Assembly: GCA_965206745.1 (NCBI GenBank)
Contig: OZ242220.1
Span: 1,408,001 to 1,472,000 of the forward strand
Length of the DNA: 64,000 bases
Direction: 5' to 3'
Source of the DNA: Nitrosopumilus sp.
Lineage (GTDB): Archaea > Thermoproteota > Nitrososphaeria > Nitrososphaerales > Nitrosopumilaceae
In this document: positions 29,322 through 39,232 of the stretch, in pieces
Numbering within the stretch: the stretch's first letter is position 1
Layout: every line of letters starts with the position of its first letter
The notes under the pieces: model-generated
Told to the model about the DNA's origin: nothing
The model's database searches: none
What the model saw: the letters and a program-made list of their open reading frames with translations, nothing else
Program-made: the position numbers and the translations under genes

Positions 29322-30292
29322 AATTTTTTGCTCCTGATCTCCTTGACTGCCTTTACCATATTAAAGGATGTTATCCCATGCTTCTCCAAAAGCAGGGGAA
29401 TTTCATCATCACGCGCAGATTCTCCAAACATGTCCTGAGCCCCTATTCTCTTAATCGGTACAGGACAGGACTCAGAAACGGATTCGGCAACTGCCGAGCC
29501 CATCCCGCCAATAATGTTGTGCTCTTCAGTAGTTACAATGCAGCCAGTCTCTCTGGCAGCCTTTTCCAAAATTTCATGATCAATTGGCTTGATTGAAAAC
29601 ATGTCCAATACCCTGCAAGAGATTCCTTCCTGCTGCAATTTTTCGGCAGCCTCCAGAGCCATTCTGACTGTAATGCCACATGCGGCAATAGTACAGTCAG
29701 AGCCGTCTCGCAGAGTGATGCCTTTTCCAATCTCAAAGTTTTGCGAATCAGAATGAATCAGGGGGGTTTTTGATCTTGCCATTCTCATGTAAAACGGGCC
29801 GTACTCCCTTGCCATCAACTGGGTCAGCCTTGAGACTGCGACTGTATCGGCAGGAATAAAGACTCGAAAATTGGGTATGACCCTCATTATTGCAATGTCC
29901 TCAATCTGCTGGTGTGAGCCCCCGTCAGGTCCAACTGATAGGCCGCCATGGGACGTGACTAATTTTACATTAAGGCCTTTCTTCCCAGGGGGCGAGGGGT
30001 AGGCAATGTTGTTTCTTATCTGATCAACTGCCCTGCCAGGCAGAAATATCGCATAAGTACTAGCAAAAGGAATCTTTCCAGATGCTGCCAATCCTGCAGA
30101 CGTTGTGACAAGGTTGGCCTCTGCAATGCCCACATTGAAAAATCTTTCAGGAAACTCTTTTCCAAATGCAGAGGTCTTCAACGAGTCAGTCGTGTCAGCA
30201 CCCAAAACAACGACATTAGGGTTTTCCTTTCCCAACTCAACCAAAGATCTTGAATACTCTGAACGCATGTCAGTCATTGCAGGTTCATTCAA
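29318..30292 (-). CDS. Transketolase C-terminal subunit
   Basis: GIAEAN, GPDGGSHQ, TEEH..GGMG. Confidence 0.93.
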   Translation of the reverse strand: MNEPAMTDMRSEYSRSLVELGKENPNVVVLGADTTDSLKTSAFGKEFPERFFNVGIAEANLVTTSAGLAASGKIPFASTYAIFLPGRAVDQIRNNIAYPSPPGKKGLNVKLVTSHGGLSVGPDGGSHQQIEDIAIMRVIPNFRVFIPADTVAVSRLTQLMAREYGPFYMRMARSKTPLIHSDSQNFEIGKGITLRDGSDCTIAACGITVRMALEAAEKLQQEGISCRVLDMFSIKPIDHEILEKAARETGCIVTTEEHNIIGGMGSAVAESVSESCPVPIKRIGAQDMFGESARDDEIPLLLEKHGITSFNMVKAVKEIRSKKL

Positions 30293-31956
30293 AGGTATCC
30301 GGCCTCCTGTGCAATTTTTTTAATCTGCTCCTGCTTTTCACCTATCACGTGCAAGCCAATCCATTTGTTTACCAGGTCACCCCCTCCAAGTTCATTTGCC
30401 TTTGCAAGTAGCCTGTGTCTTCTTGATTTTAAGACCTCATTTCTAAAATCCCTAATGGCGGCCCTAACATCCTGCTGGCCTATTATCGCACCGCCACCCA
30501 CAAAAGCACGTGCACCGTCATCAAATACCGAGCCAATATTTTCAAGATTGACACCCCCGTCAGCCTCAACATAGCCTGAAAAATTATGCTGTTTTAGTGT
30601 GAAATTCAGTCTTGCCATTTTTTCATGTGTCCCCTCAATGTATCTTTGACCGGATTTTCCAGGCACTACTGACATCACAATGAGCTGATCAAGGGATTGC
30701 AAAAATTTGTAAGACCACTCAGGCAACTCTGTATCAGGATTTATTGAAAAACCCACACCCACCTGATTCTGTTTTAGAATATCATGAATCTCTCCAAAGC
30801 TGGACTCGTCAGTCACCTCAGCATGCACAGTGACAATGTCACTGCCGGCATCAACATAGTCTTGAACATGTTTTACGGGTTCCTCAATCATAAGATGGGT
30901 GTCAAATGGAATCACCGTAAGGGGCCGCAGTTCCTTGATCTTGCTGTGATCAAATGTCTTTGTTGGAACAAATTGGCCATCCATTACATCAAGATGGATG
31001 TAATCAGCCCTGCCAGACACGCACCGCTTAATCTCATTTTCTAGATTCGTCATATCCCCTGCAATGATGGAGGGTGCAATCATAAATTGGGAATCCAGCT
31101 CAAGGTCAATTATCGGAACGACATCAGTGTCAGGTGCCTTTCCATGCCACTGGGGATTATCCTCCATGTGCTCTACGGCTTTTCCCTTGATTGTTCTTGA
31201 GATGATTATTGTAGGAACGCCCTTTGTGGCATTTGCCTTTGTGATGGCCGCATCAATTTGTTCTACCCGGTGTCCGTCAACTTCAATGACATTCCAGCCA
31301 AATGACCTCCACTTGTCCCCGGTCTTCCAGCGTGATGCATCCTTCCACATTTCAGAGATATCCAAACCGTCCAGATTCTCATCAAGGGGCATGATTCTTT
31401 CGGTATACGAGTCCTGCTGGATAAAGTTCCTGTCAAGAAAGGCAGTGAGGTTGTCAACCTTGTATTTTGATGCAGTCATTGCAGCCTCCCAGACCTGGCC
31501 CTCATCGGACTCTCCATCCCCAAGAACGGTATAGACGTGATGATCCTTGGAGTCAATCTTTGCAGCAAGTGCAATCCCGACAGAGTATGACAGTCCGGTA
31601 CCCAAGGAACCCCCGCAGAATTCCACGCCGGGGCATTTTAGATCCGGATGTCCCTGCAGTTTACTGCCAAATTTTCGAAGTGTCTGAATCTCGGATTCTG
31701 GAAAATATCCGGCCACTGCCATATTGGAGAACAGTCCAGGGGCAGCGTGTCCCTTTGATAGTACCAATCGATCCCTGTCTTCCCATTGAGGGTTGTTTGG
31801 ATCAAATTTCAAGTGCTTGCCAAACAGGCATCCCAGGATCTCAGCCATGGAGAACGAGCCTCCGGGGTGGCCGGATCCTGCAGTATTGGTTCCCTTGATA
31901 ACTAACTTGCGAGCTCTGAGAATATTTTTCTTTATTTGGTAATAATTAAGACCCAT
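30289..31956 (-). CDS. Transketolase N-terminal subunit fused to ribulose-5-phosphate 3-epimerase
   Basis: GHPGGS, SKGHA, GDGESDEG, then IAPSII, IHLDVMDGQFV, DTHLM, EADGG. Confidence 0.92.
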   Translation of the reverse strand: MGLNYYQIKKNILRARKLVIKGTNTAGSGHPGGSFSMAEILGCLFGKHLKFDPNNPQWEDRDRLVLSKGHAAPGLFSNMAVAGYFPESEIQTLRKFGSKLQGHPDLKCPGVEFCGGSLGTGLSYSVGIALAAKIDSKDHHVYTVLGDGESDEGQVWEAAMTASKYKVDNLTAFLDRNFIQQDSYTERIMPLDENLDGLDISEMWKDASRWKTGDKWRSFGWNVIEVDGHRVEQIDAAITKANATKGVPTIIISRTIKGKAVEHMEDNPQWHGKAPDTDVVPIIDLELDSQFMIAPSIIAGDMTNLENEIKRCVSGRADYIHLDVMDGQFVPTKTFDHSKIKELRPLTVIPFDTHLMIEEPVKHVQDYVDAGSDIVTVHAEVTDESSFGEIHDILKQNQVGVGFSINPDTELPEWSYKFLQSLDQLIVMSVVPGKSGQRYIEGTHEKMARLNFTLKQHNFSGYVEADGGVNLENIGSVFDDGARAFVGGGAIIGQQDVRAAIRDFRNEVLKSRRHRLLAKANELGGGDLVNKWIGLHVIGEKQEQIKKIAQEAGYL

Positions 31957-32264
31957 CTGCAACGATATTGCCGTAAATTGAATAAAAATCTACTTCTAAA
32001 AGAGAACAAGCAATTGGAAATTCTCAGGGACAGGGATCTCAAAAATACAAATCAGACCAATCATGATGCCAAAGATTCCACATCTTGAGATAAATTTCAA
32101 AGATACACACAGCGGTTTCTCCCTCTGCTTTTCATGGTGTTTCCTTACACACAGGTTCATCACCCAGAGACTTTTGTCCATATTTGCCCCCTCTTGGACG
32201 GATTATAGTCAGTTTCTGCCATCAAGACTGTAAAATTTTAATTTGATCGTTGCATAGGATCATC

Positions 32265-32642
32265 ATGGAGATCAGAGAAGACATCCCAATCGTACTCTTT
32301 GATAACCAGTGTTACTTGTGCATGAAATTTGCAAAGACTGTCAGCTATTTTGCAAGAGGTAGAATTTCAATGATTGGCCATTATTCGGAGCCTGGTAGAA
32401 AGATAAGAGACGAGATTCTCGATGATGATGCCCTGGACATGTTTTGGTTTATTACTAAAAAGAGAGCATGCGGCGGAAGGGCAGCACTGATTCCACTGTT
32501 GAGATCAATTCTAACCCAGAAGACAGAAAAATCATCGGCGATTGGAATTGAGGACCAGTGTCAGCAGGGGTGCAAGACTGCAAAGGCCGTATTTGTCAGA
32601 TCAGCCAGTCTGATTACCAACAGCAGGACAATAGATCTATAG
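32265..32642 (+). CDS. DCC1/DUF393-like thiol-disulfide oxidoreductase
   Basis: VLFDNQCYLC (DxxCxxC). Confidence 0.75.
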   Translation: MEIREDIPIVLFDNQCYLCMKFAKTVSYFARGRISMIGHYSEPGRKIRDEILDDDALDMFWFITKKRACGGRAALIPLLRSILTQKTEKSSAIGIEDQCQQGCKTAKAVFVRSASLITNSRTIDL

Positions 32643-32669
32643 TAAATCTAAATAACACTTGAAAGTTAG

Positions 32670-34148
32670 GTGCTCATAGTGAAAGTCAAGACTGCAAGTT
32701 CTGCAAAAAACAAGACAAGCCTGCTCTGCGGGTTTGTAGTGGAAAATTCCAACAAGGTTTTGGGTCTGCCAAAATTTGACACTAAAACCCAGTCTGCAAT
32801 AAACCAGTCCCTAAAAGACATGGAGGGCAAGCTAGGAAGACTCAGCATCATTCCAATTCCAGGAAAACCGATACAAAGAATCCTGCTTGCAGGCATAGGA
32901 AAGAAAGAGAGTTTGACAAAAGATACAATCAGGTTTGTTTCAGGCAAGATCGCCCAGAAAGCAAAGGAGCTTAGATTAAAAGAGTTTTCAATAATATCAC
33001 CACCAAGTTTGGTCTACGAGCCAGTCTCTGCTGTTACCCAAATTATAGAGGGCTCCAAGATGGCCCTTTACAAATTTGACAGGTTCAAGTCAGAAAAGAC
33101 AGAGGCCTCACCTGATCTTACAATTATTACCTCAAAGTCAGATAAAATTTCAAAGGCAATCAAGACTGCGCAGATTATTGCAGACGGTGCAATATTTACA
33201 AAAAGTATCGCCAATCTGCCTCCAAACGAATGCACGCCTGCAACACTGGCAAGCTTTGCAAGAAGCATGTCCAAGAAAAACAAGATGACTTGCAGGATCA
33301 TCTCAGAGCCTGAGCTGCAAAAGAAGGGTTTTGGCGGGATCTCAGCAGTCGGACAGGGAAGCAGAAACCAGCCAAAACTAATTGTTTTGGAGCATAACAG
33401 GGGTCCACAAAGCCAGAAACCGATAGTACTAGTTGGAAAGGCTGTAACATTTGATACCGGCGGCATCTCATTGAAGCCGGGGGCTGCAATGGATGAAATG
33501 AAGTTTGACAAATGCGGCGGATGCACGGTACTGGGAATAATGAAGGCAGTTTCAGAGCTAAAGCTTCCAGTCAATGTAGTTGGGATTGTACCCTCAGTTG
33601 AAAACATGCCAGACGGTAAGTCATACAGGCCGGGGGACATCATAAAACTATACAACAAAAAGACAGCAGAGATTCTAAATACGGATGCCGAGGGAAGACT
33701 GATTCTGGCAGACGCACTGGCATATGGGGAGAAGCATTATTCTCCAAGGGCAGTCATTGATTTTGCAACCCTTACAGGCGCATGTATTGTTGCATTGGGT
33801 ACCAACGTGGCTGCAATCGTATCAAATGATCAGAGACTCTCAAAAAAGATTATCGATTCCTCAAAAACAACTACAGAGGAAGTTTGGGAGCTTCCGTTAA
33901 ATCAGGATTATATGGACATGATAAAGTCAGACGTGGCAGATATGAAAAATGTCGGGATTGGCAGAGCGGCTGGTACCATCACGGCTGCCGCATTCCTAAA
34001 GAATGCCATTGAGGATACACCGTGGGTCCACATTGACATTGCAGGGGTTGCATGGACGCAGGCATCTACAAAGGAAAAATCATACAATCCAAAAGGTGCA
34101 ACAGGTTTTGGCGTCAGGTTGATCTTGGATTACTTGCAAAGATTGTAA
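32670..34148 (+). CDS. pepA: Leucyl aminopeptidase (M17)
   Basis: VGKAVTFDTGG, MKFDK, NTDAEGRL. Confidence 0.95.
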   Translation: MLIVKVKTASSAKNKTSLLCGFVVENSNKVLGLPKFDTKTQSAINQSLKDMEGKLGRLSIIPIPGKPIQRILLAGIGKKESLTKDTIRFVSGKIAQKAKELRLKEFSIISPPSLVYEPVSAVTQIIEGSKMALYKFDRFKSEKTEASPDLTIITSKSDKISKAIKTAQIIADGAIFTKSIANLPPNECTPATLASFARSMSKKNKMTCRIISEPELQKKGFGGISAVGQGSRNQPKLIVLEHNRGPQSQKPIVLVGKAVTFDTGGISLKPGAAMDEMKFDKCGGCTVLGIMKAVSELKLPVNVVGIVPSVENMPDGKSYRPGDIIKLYNKKTAEILNTDAEGRLILADALAYGEKHYSPRAVIDFATLTGACIVALGTNVAAIVSNDQRLSKKIIDSSKTTTEEVWELPLNQDYMDMIKSDVADMKNVGIGRAAGTITAAAFLKNAIEDTPWVHIDIAGVAWTQASTKEKSYNPKGATGFGVRLILDYLQRL

Positions 34149-34150
34149 AA

Positions 34151-34279
34151 TCAGTATCCCCTGCTGTTTCTATCAGGAGTTTCAACATTTGGGTTTCTCC
34201 AGCCATGCTTCTCCATCATGTGGTTTAACAGTCTAATGTCATTATCACACATTTCCCCACAGACACTGCAATTTGGCAT
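34151..34279 (-). CDS. 42-aa single C2H2 zinc-finger protein
   Basis: C-x2-C-x12-H-x4-H; ATG 34279 with a TTTAATA box about 25 bp upstream. Confidence 0.65.
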   Translation of the reverse strand: MPNCSVCGEMCDNDIRLLNHMMEKHGWRNPNVETPDRNSRGY

Positions 34280-34458
34280 TATTGAGTTCAAGTTGATGGG
34301 GTCAATATTAAAAGATTGGTTGCAAAGCCGCCTTGTTGCACAACTGGACATTTGATCCTTGTAATGGATGGGACTGGCATGATTTCAAGAAGGTACGGTT
34401 TGGACTATGCGTGGAGGCAGATAATCACCTGGATAAAGTCATACAAGTAAAATGGAAA

Positions 34459-34575
34459 ATGCCAGCACTGTTGCTTCCCAAGAGCTCTCGCATCTTAGTA
34501 GCACAACAGCGACGTCAGGTTTGACTTCCAAGTTCGGAATGGGATTGGGTCGCACCCTAACGCTATGGCCGGCTT
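34459..34575 (-). rRNA. rrf: 5S rRNA
   Basis: GCCGGCCATAGCG...CCCATTCCGAAC...GAAGTCAAAC...GGGAAGC...TGCTGGC; ends approximate. Confidence 0.93.
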
Positions 34576-34670
34576 GAAGTTTGATGCCAGATTCTCATCT
34601 ATTAACGTAACGCAGGATTTGAGGCCATGCTCAAAATAGGTATAAAGCAAAGAAGACATCGGATTATCAT

Positions 34671-36458
34671 ATGACTCATCGAGTAGCGGTATTGGATCAG
34701 GATCTCTGTCAGCCACAAAAATGCGGCCTGGAATGCATAAAATACTGCCCCGTCAACAAATCAGGCGCAGAGTGCATTACAATAGGCGAGGAGTCAAAGA
34801 AGGCCCAGATTGACGAGGACGTCTGTAACGGCTGTGGGATCTGCGTCAAGGTGTGCCCTTTTGATGCAATAACAATCGTCAACCTTGCAAGCGAGCTGGC
34901 AGCAGACAAGATTCATCAGTACGGCATAAACTCGTTTAGACTTTACAAGCTGCCCACGCCAAAAAAGGGGGAGGTGGTAGGACTATTGGGAAGAAACGGA
35001 ATGGGAAAGAGTACAGTAGTCAACATTTTGTCAGGAAATCTCAAACCGAATTTAGGCAGGTATGAGAATCCTCCAGAATGGGATGAAATTTTAAAACATT
35101 ACAGCGGGACTGAGCTCAAGCAGCACTTTGAAAAGATAGAGCAAGGGCAGATCCGCGCATCAATAAAACCTCAGCAGGTGCACCACATTGCACAGGCATT
35201 TGACGGCACGGGCAAGGAACTACTTGACAGATACGACGAACGGGGAGTATCAGGGGAGCTGATAAAAACGCTGGGGCTGGAGAACTCGATGGAGCAGAAT
35301 TTGAGGGAGCTGAGTGGCGGGGAACTGCAAAGGATTGCAGTTGCAGCAGCGGCATCCAAGGACACAGAGTTTTACTTTTTTGACGAGCCATCCTCATACA
35401 ACGACGTCTACCAGAGAACAGGGGTTGCAAGGGTGATACAAAATCTGGCAAAGATTGGAAAGAGCGTGATGGTGGTGGAGCACGACTTGACATTGCTGGA
35501 CTTTCTCAGCGACTATATCGAGGTACTGTATGGGGAACCTACGGCATACGGGATTGTCTCAGGTATTTTATCCACAAAGATCGGAATCAACGTTTTTCTT
35601 GACGGGTACCTGCCAAATGAGAACGTGAGGTTCAGGGACAAGAAATTCTCTTTTGATGTGTCATCATCATCTACTGACATCTTTCAGGAAGGAAGTGAGA
35701 TTCTCACATATCCAAAGATGGTGAAAAAGTATCCTTCATTTTCAGTAACAATTGAGCCTGGAAGGGTGAGAAAAGGCGAGGTACTGGGAATAATGGGTGC
35801 CAATGCACTTGGCAAGACGACTCTGATGAAGATGATTGCAGGGGTCGAAAAGCCTGATTCAGGCAGCATTGATAAAAAGATCAAGATAGCATACAAGCCG
35901 CAGTATCTCCAAAACGACCTTGACGTGGAGGTGATCTCAGCACTGGACCAGGCAAACGGGGGACAGGTTGAGGGAAGCATGGAAGAGGAGCAGATTCTCG
36001 ATCCACTAAAGATTAAAAAATTATACAACAAGTCCATCAAAAAACTTTCCGGGGGGGAACTGCAAAAGGTGGCAGTTGCCTCGTGTCTGTTGCAAAAAGT
36101 CGACCTGTATGCATTGGATGAACCTTCGGCATTTTTGGACGTGGAGGACAGAATCGCTGTGGCAAAATTTCTGCAAAAATTTGTGCGCTCCTTTGGAAAG
36201 TCTGCAATCATCATTGATCACGACTTGCAGCTCATGGACCTAGTTTCAGACTCGATGATAATATTTGAGGGGGAGTCAGGTTCTGCAGGCACTGCCACGC
36301 CGCCGATGCCAAAACCTGAGGCGATGAACAGGTTTCTAAAATCACTAGACATGTCATTTAGAAGGGATGAGAAAAGCCTGAGACCCCGCGTGAACAAGCT
36401 GGAGAGCAGGCTGGATAAGGATCAAAAGACGACTGGAAACTTTTACTACAAGCATTGA
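34671..36458 (+). CDS. rli: ABCE1/RLI ribosome recycling ATPase
   Basis: N-terminal Fe-S Cys motifs and two ABC domains (LSGGELQ twice). Confidence 0.97.
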   Translation: MTHRVAVLDQDLCQPQKCGLECIKYCPVNKSGAECITIGEESKKAQIDEDVCNGCGICVKVCPFDAITIVNLASELAADKIHQYGINSFRLYKLPTPKKGEVVGLLGRNGMGKSTVVNILSGNLKPNLGRYENPPEWDEILKHYSGTELKQHFEKIEQGQIRASIKPQQVHHIAQAFDGTGKELLDRYDERGVSGELIKTLGLENSMEQNLRELSGGELQRIAVAAAASKDTEFYFFDEPSSYNDVYQRTGVARVIQNLAKIGKSVMVVEHDLTLLDFLSDYIEVLYGEPTAYGIVSGILSTKIGINVFLDGYLPNENVRFRDKKFSFDVSSSSTDIFQEGSEILTYPKMVKKYPSFSVTIEPGRVRKGEVLGIMGANALGKTTLMKMIAGVEKPDSGSIDKKIKIAYKPQYLQNDLDVEVISALDQANGGQVEGSMEEEQILDPLKIKKLYNKSIKKLSGGELQKVAVASCLLQKVDLYALDEPSAFLDVEDRIAVAKFLQKFVRSFGKSAIIIDHDLQLMDLVSDSMIIFEGESGSAGTATPPMPKPEAMNRFLKSLDMSFRRDEKSLRPRVNKLESRLDKDQKTTGNFYYKH

Positions 36459-37291
36459 CCCGGATGCTAAAAAAGGCGCTAGAGGACGTGCTCACAGAGG
36501 AGGAAGGTGATGAGCTGATTTCAGCATTTGATCAGATCGGTCAGATAATCATCGTAAGGATTCCAGACTCGCTTTTATCAAAGAAGAAGGTTATCGGCGA
36601 GGCGCTTTTAGACGGGGTAAAGATTGTCAGGAGCGTGTTTTACCAGTCCTCCTCAGTGGAGGGTGATTTTCGAACAAGGGATTTGGAGATTCTTGCAGGA
36701 GAGGACAATACGGAGACAGAGTACAAGGAGTTTGGATGCAGGTTTACAGTGGATGTCAAAAATGCGTTTTTCTCGCCCAGGCTCTCCACTGAAAGGGAGA
36801 GAATTGCCAGCCTGATTCAGGACGAGGAGACGGTGGCAAACATGTTTGCAGGCATCGGAATGTTCTCGATTATGGCTGCAAAGAGGAAGAAATGTACAGT
36901 ATACAGTCTGGACATCAATCCCGTTGCCTCAAGACTGTGCGAGACCAACATCGGGCTAAACAAGCTTGCAGGGGATGTGATCTCAATTAACGGCGATGCA
37001 TCAGAGATTATCAAGGAGCAGCTGATTGACAAATCAGACAGGACCCTGATGCTGTTACCTGAGAGATCAGACGAGTTTTTAGAATCAGCGACAAGTGCAA
37101 CCAAGGATCAGGGCATCATTCACTACTATTCACACATTCATGCAGACAAAAAGACAGACGCTGCAAGGCTTTCAGAGGAACACTATCTTGGCGTGACACA
37201 GGTAAAATCAGAGATTCTAAACTCAAAGATTGTCAGGGCAGTGGGTCCCAGATACTATCAGACAGTGGTGGATGTTAAAATTTCCAAGTGA
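36455..37291 (+). CDS. Trm5/TYW2-family tRNA methyltransferase
   Basis: FFSPRLSTER, MFAGIGMF, DINP. Confidence 0.85.
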   Translation: MTRMLKKALEDVLTEEEGDELISAFDQIGQIIIVRIPDSLLSKKKVIGEALLDGVKIVRSVFYQSSSVEGDFRTRDLEILAGEDNTETEYKEFGCRFTVDVKNAFFSPRLSTERERIASLIQDEETVANMFAGIGMFSIMAAKRKKCTVYSLDINPVASRLCETNIGLNKLAGDVISINGDASEIIKEQLIDKSDRTLMLLPERSDEFLESATSATKDQGIIHYYSHIHADKKTDAARLSEEHYLGVTQVKSEILNSKIVRAVGPRYYQTVVDVKISK

Positions 37292-37292
37292 A

Positions 37293-37511
37293 CTAGTCCT
37301 CAGAGACGACAGAGGCAGGCGAGGGTTTCGTTGTTGCCATCACGTATCCAATCCATGCAATGACTCCGAGTATTCCCCCGGCAATCATCAGGACAGAGAG
37401 CTGCAATACGATGGGACTCCATTCAGACAGCATCAGCAGGTATGCATAGATGAAGAAACCGCCGATGCACAGTACAAAGATGGTGATGCCCGTTCCTTTT
37501 CGCCTGTCCAT
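37293..37511 (-). CDS. Small two-TM archaeal membrane protein
   Basis: Two hydrophobic helices ending WIGYVMATT. Confidence 0.8.
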   Translation of the reverse strand: MDRRKGTGITIFVLCIGGFFIYAYLLMLSEWSPIVLQLSVLMIAGGILGVIAWIGYVMATTKPSPASVVSED

Positions 37512-37548
37512 GGACAAGAATTTTTTGCGAGTTATTTATTGGTTTGAA

Positions 37549-38046
37549 CTAGTTTAGCTCGATTGCCATCAGGTATGCATCCTCACCGTCCCGGTAGTAG
37601 GAGTTTAGCTGCTGTCTGATTACGAATCCCATTTTCTCATATAGCCGGACGGCATCGTTGTTGCTGCATCGCACCTCCAAGTAGAACTCGTCGCACTGTC
37701 TGAGCTTTATGCCGTTGACTGATTCCTCAACGAGTACGGTCCCGATGCCCTTTCTTCTGTGCTCATCAACTACTGCAATTGACACCACGTGTCCTTTCTT
37801 GACAAAGCCCAGTTTCTTAAAATTTGAAAAGCCAAACTCTGTTTTGCACATGATGTATCCGACATGCTTTTGGCCAATCTCTGCAACGATGAATGCCTCA
37901 GGCAGGTCAGCAAGCAGGCTCTCATAAAAGTAGTCAGAATAGTGCTCAGGCAGGGTCTTGAGATTAATCTCCATAACGGAGATCAGATCGCTTGGCATTG
38001 CCCTTCTGATATTGCAGCCATTTAGTTCCCGAAGAATCACTTGCAT
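37549..38046 (-). CDS. ard1: Ard1/RimI-type N-terminal acetyltransferase
   Basis: LPEHY, GHVVSIAV, LEVRCSN, YYRDGEDAYLM. Confidence 0.9.
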   Translation of the reverse strand: MQVILRELNGCNIRRAMPSDLISVMEINLKTLPEHYSDYFYESLLADLPEAFIVAEIGQKHVGYIMCKTEFGFSNFKKLGFVKKGHVVSIAVVDEHRRKGIGTVLVEESVNGIKLRQCDEFYLEVRCSNNDAVRLYEKMGFVIRQQLNSYYRDGEDAYLMAIELN

Positions 38047-38119
38047 GATTATACATGATACTATCGATATTTAATTTTAAACCAAAAGACCATTTAATGG
38101 AAAAATCAGCCTCAAAGTA

Positions 38120-39232
38120 ATGGAGGATCCCTCACAAGAAGACATCATCTCGCTGGTCAACTCTATATTTCAAGTCAGTGACTTTGCCAAGACCGAGTTT
38201 TCCCTGGAATTTAAGATTATAGATGCCGATTTTAAGGCAAAGTTTGAGGATCTGGCAAGGGAGCTAGAAGATATGAGGTATGTCTCCAAGCTGGAGAGGA
38301 ACCAAGACGGCCAGCTCTGCATCATAATTCAAAAATTCCCCCCAGCAAAGCAGAGAAGGTGGCTGAGCTCGCCATGGATACCGCGAATTCTGTTTGTAAT
38401 AGTCATAGGGTTTGTAATGTTTGATGGGCACCACAAGGCATCCGTTGGTAACACGATCGTGGAGCTGGGAGATCCGCTGGAAATATCAATACTGTACGTG
38501 TTTGCACTCATGGGAATCCTCGGAGTCCATGAGCTTGGCCACATGATTGCAGCTAAAAGACACAAACTAAAGACTACCTGGCCCTACTTTCTTCCGGGAA
38601 TTCCGGTATATGGGATTCCGACATTTGGGGCAATCATCAGATCAAGGGGCCTGACCATTAACAGGGAGATTCTATTTGATGTTGCCATTGCAGGCCCGAT
38701 TGCAGGGCTGATAATTGCAGTTATTGTCTCAGTTTATGGCGCATATACTGCACCAATCCTAGAGGAGACGATCGTGGGGGACATATTTGATGATCCAAGA
38801 CTGAGTGATTGGAGTCTGGGCGAACCAATCCTGCTTACTGCCAGCCTGGCATTGTTTGGAAAGGGGGATATGTACGGAAATACAGTATACATGACGCCCT
38901 TCATATTTGCGGCGTGGGTCGGCTATCTGATCACGTTTATCAACTTGCTTCCGGCATGGCAGTTAGACGGGGGCCATCTGGCAAGGACACTGATGGGCTC
39001 AAAGATTCACAGCTATGCGACATACGGGAGCTTGGGGGTTTTGGTTCTGTTGAACTTTTGGCCGATGGCAATGCTGATCTTTGTGCTAAGCAGGCGAAAC
39101 CCTGTCGCATCACCGTTAGATGATGTCTCACCGCTCTCAAGGAACAGAAAGTTTGCGTACATTGGGATCATTGCACTGGCAGTGCTGTGTGCGCCTCTGC
39201 CATCGGAATTTCTGCCAGGCATACTACCTTAA
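38120..39232 (+). CDS. Site-2 protease (M50)
   Basis: HELGH, AIAGP, NLLPAWQLDGGH. Confidence 0.93.
   Translation: MEDPSQEDIISLVNSIFQVSDFAKTEFSLEFKIIDADFKAKFEDLARELEDMRYVSKLERNQDGQLCIIIQKFPPAKQRRWLSSPWIPRILFVIVIGFVMFDGHHKASVGNTIVELGDPLEISILYVFALMGILGVHELGHMIAAKRHKLKTTWPYFLPGIPVYGIPTFGAIIRSRGLTINREILFDVAIAGPIAGLIIAVIVSVYGAYTAPILEETIVGDIFDDPRLSDWSLGEPILLTASLALFGKGDMYGNTVYMTPFIFAAWVGYLITFINLLPAWQLDGGHLARTLMGSKIHSYATYGSLGVLVLLNFWPMAMLIFVLSRRNPVASPLDDVSPLSRNRKFAYIGIIALAVLCAPLPSEFLPGILP

Noticed and set aside
34333-34716. ORFs 34333-34524 and 34495-34716; unlinked 5S as a novelty
   Set aside because: The ORFs overlap the 5S rRNA, and a dispersed 5S is normal in this phylum.
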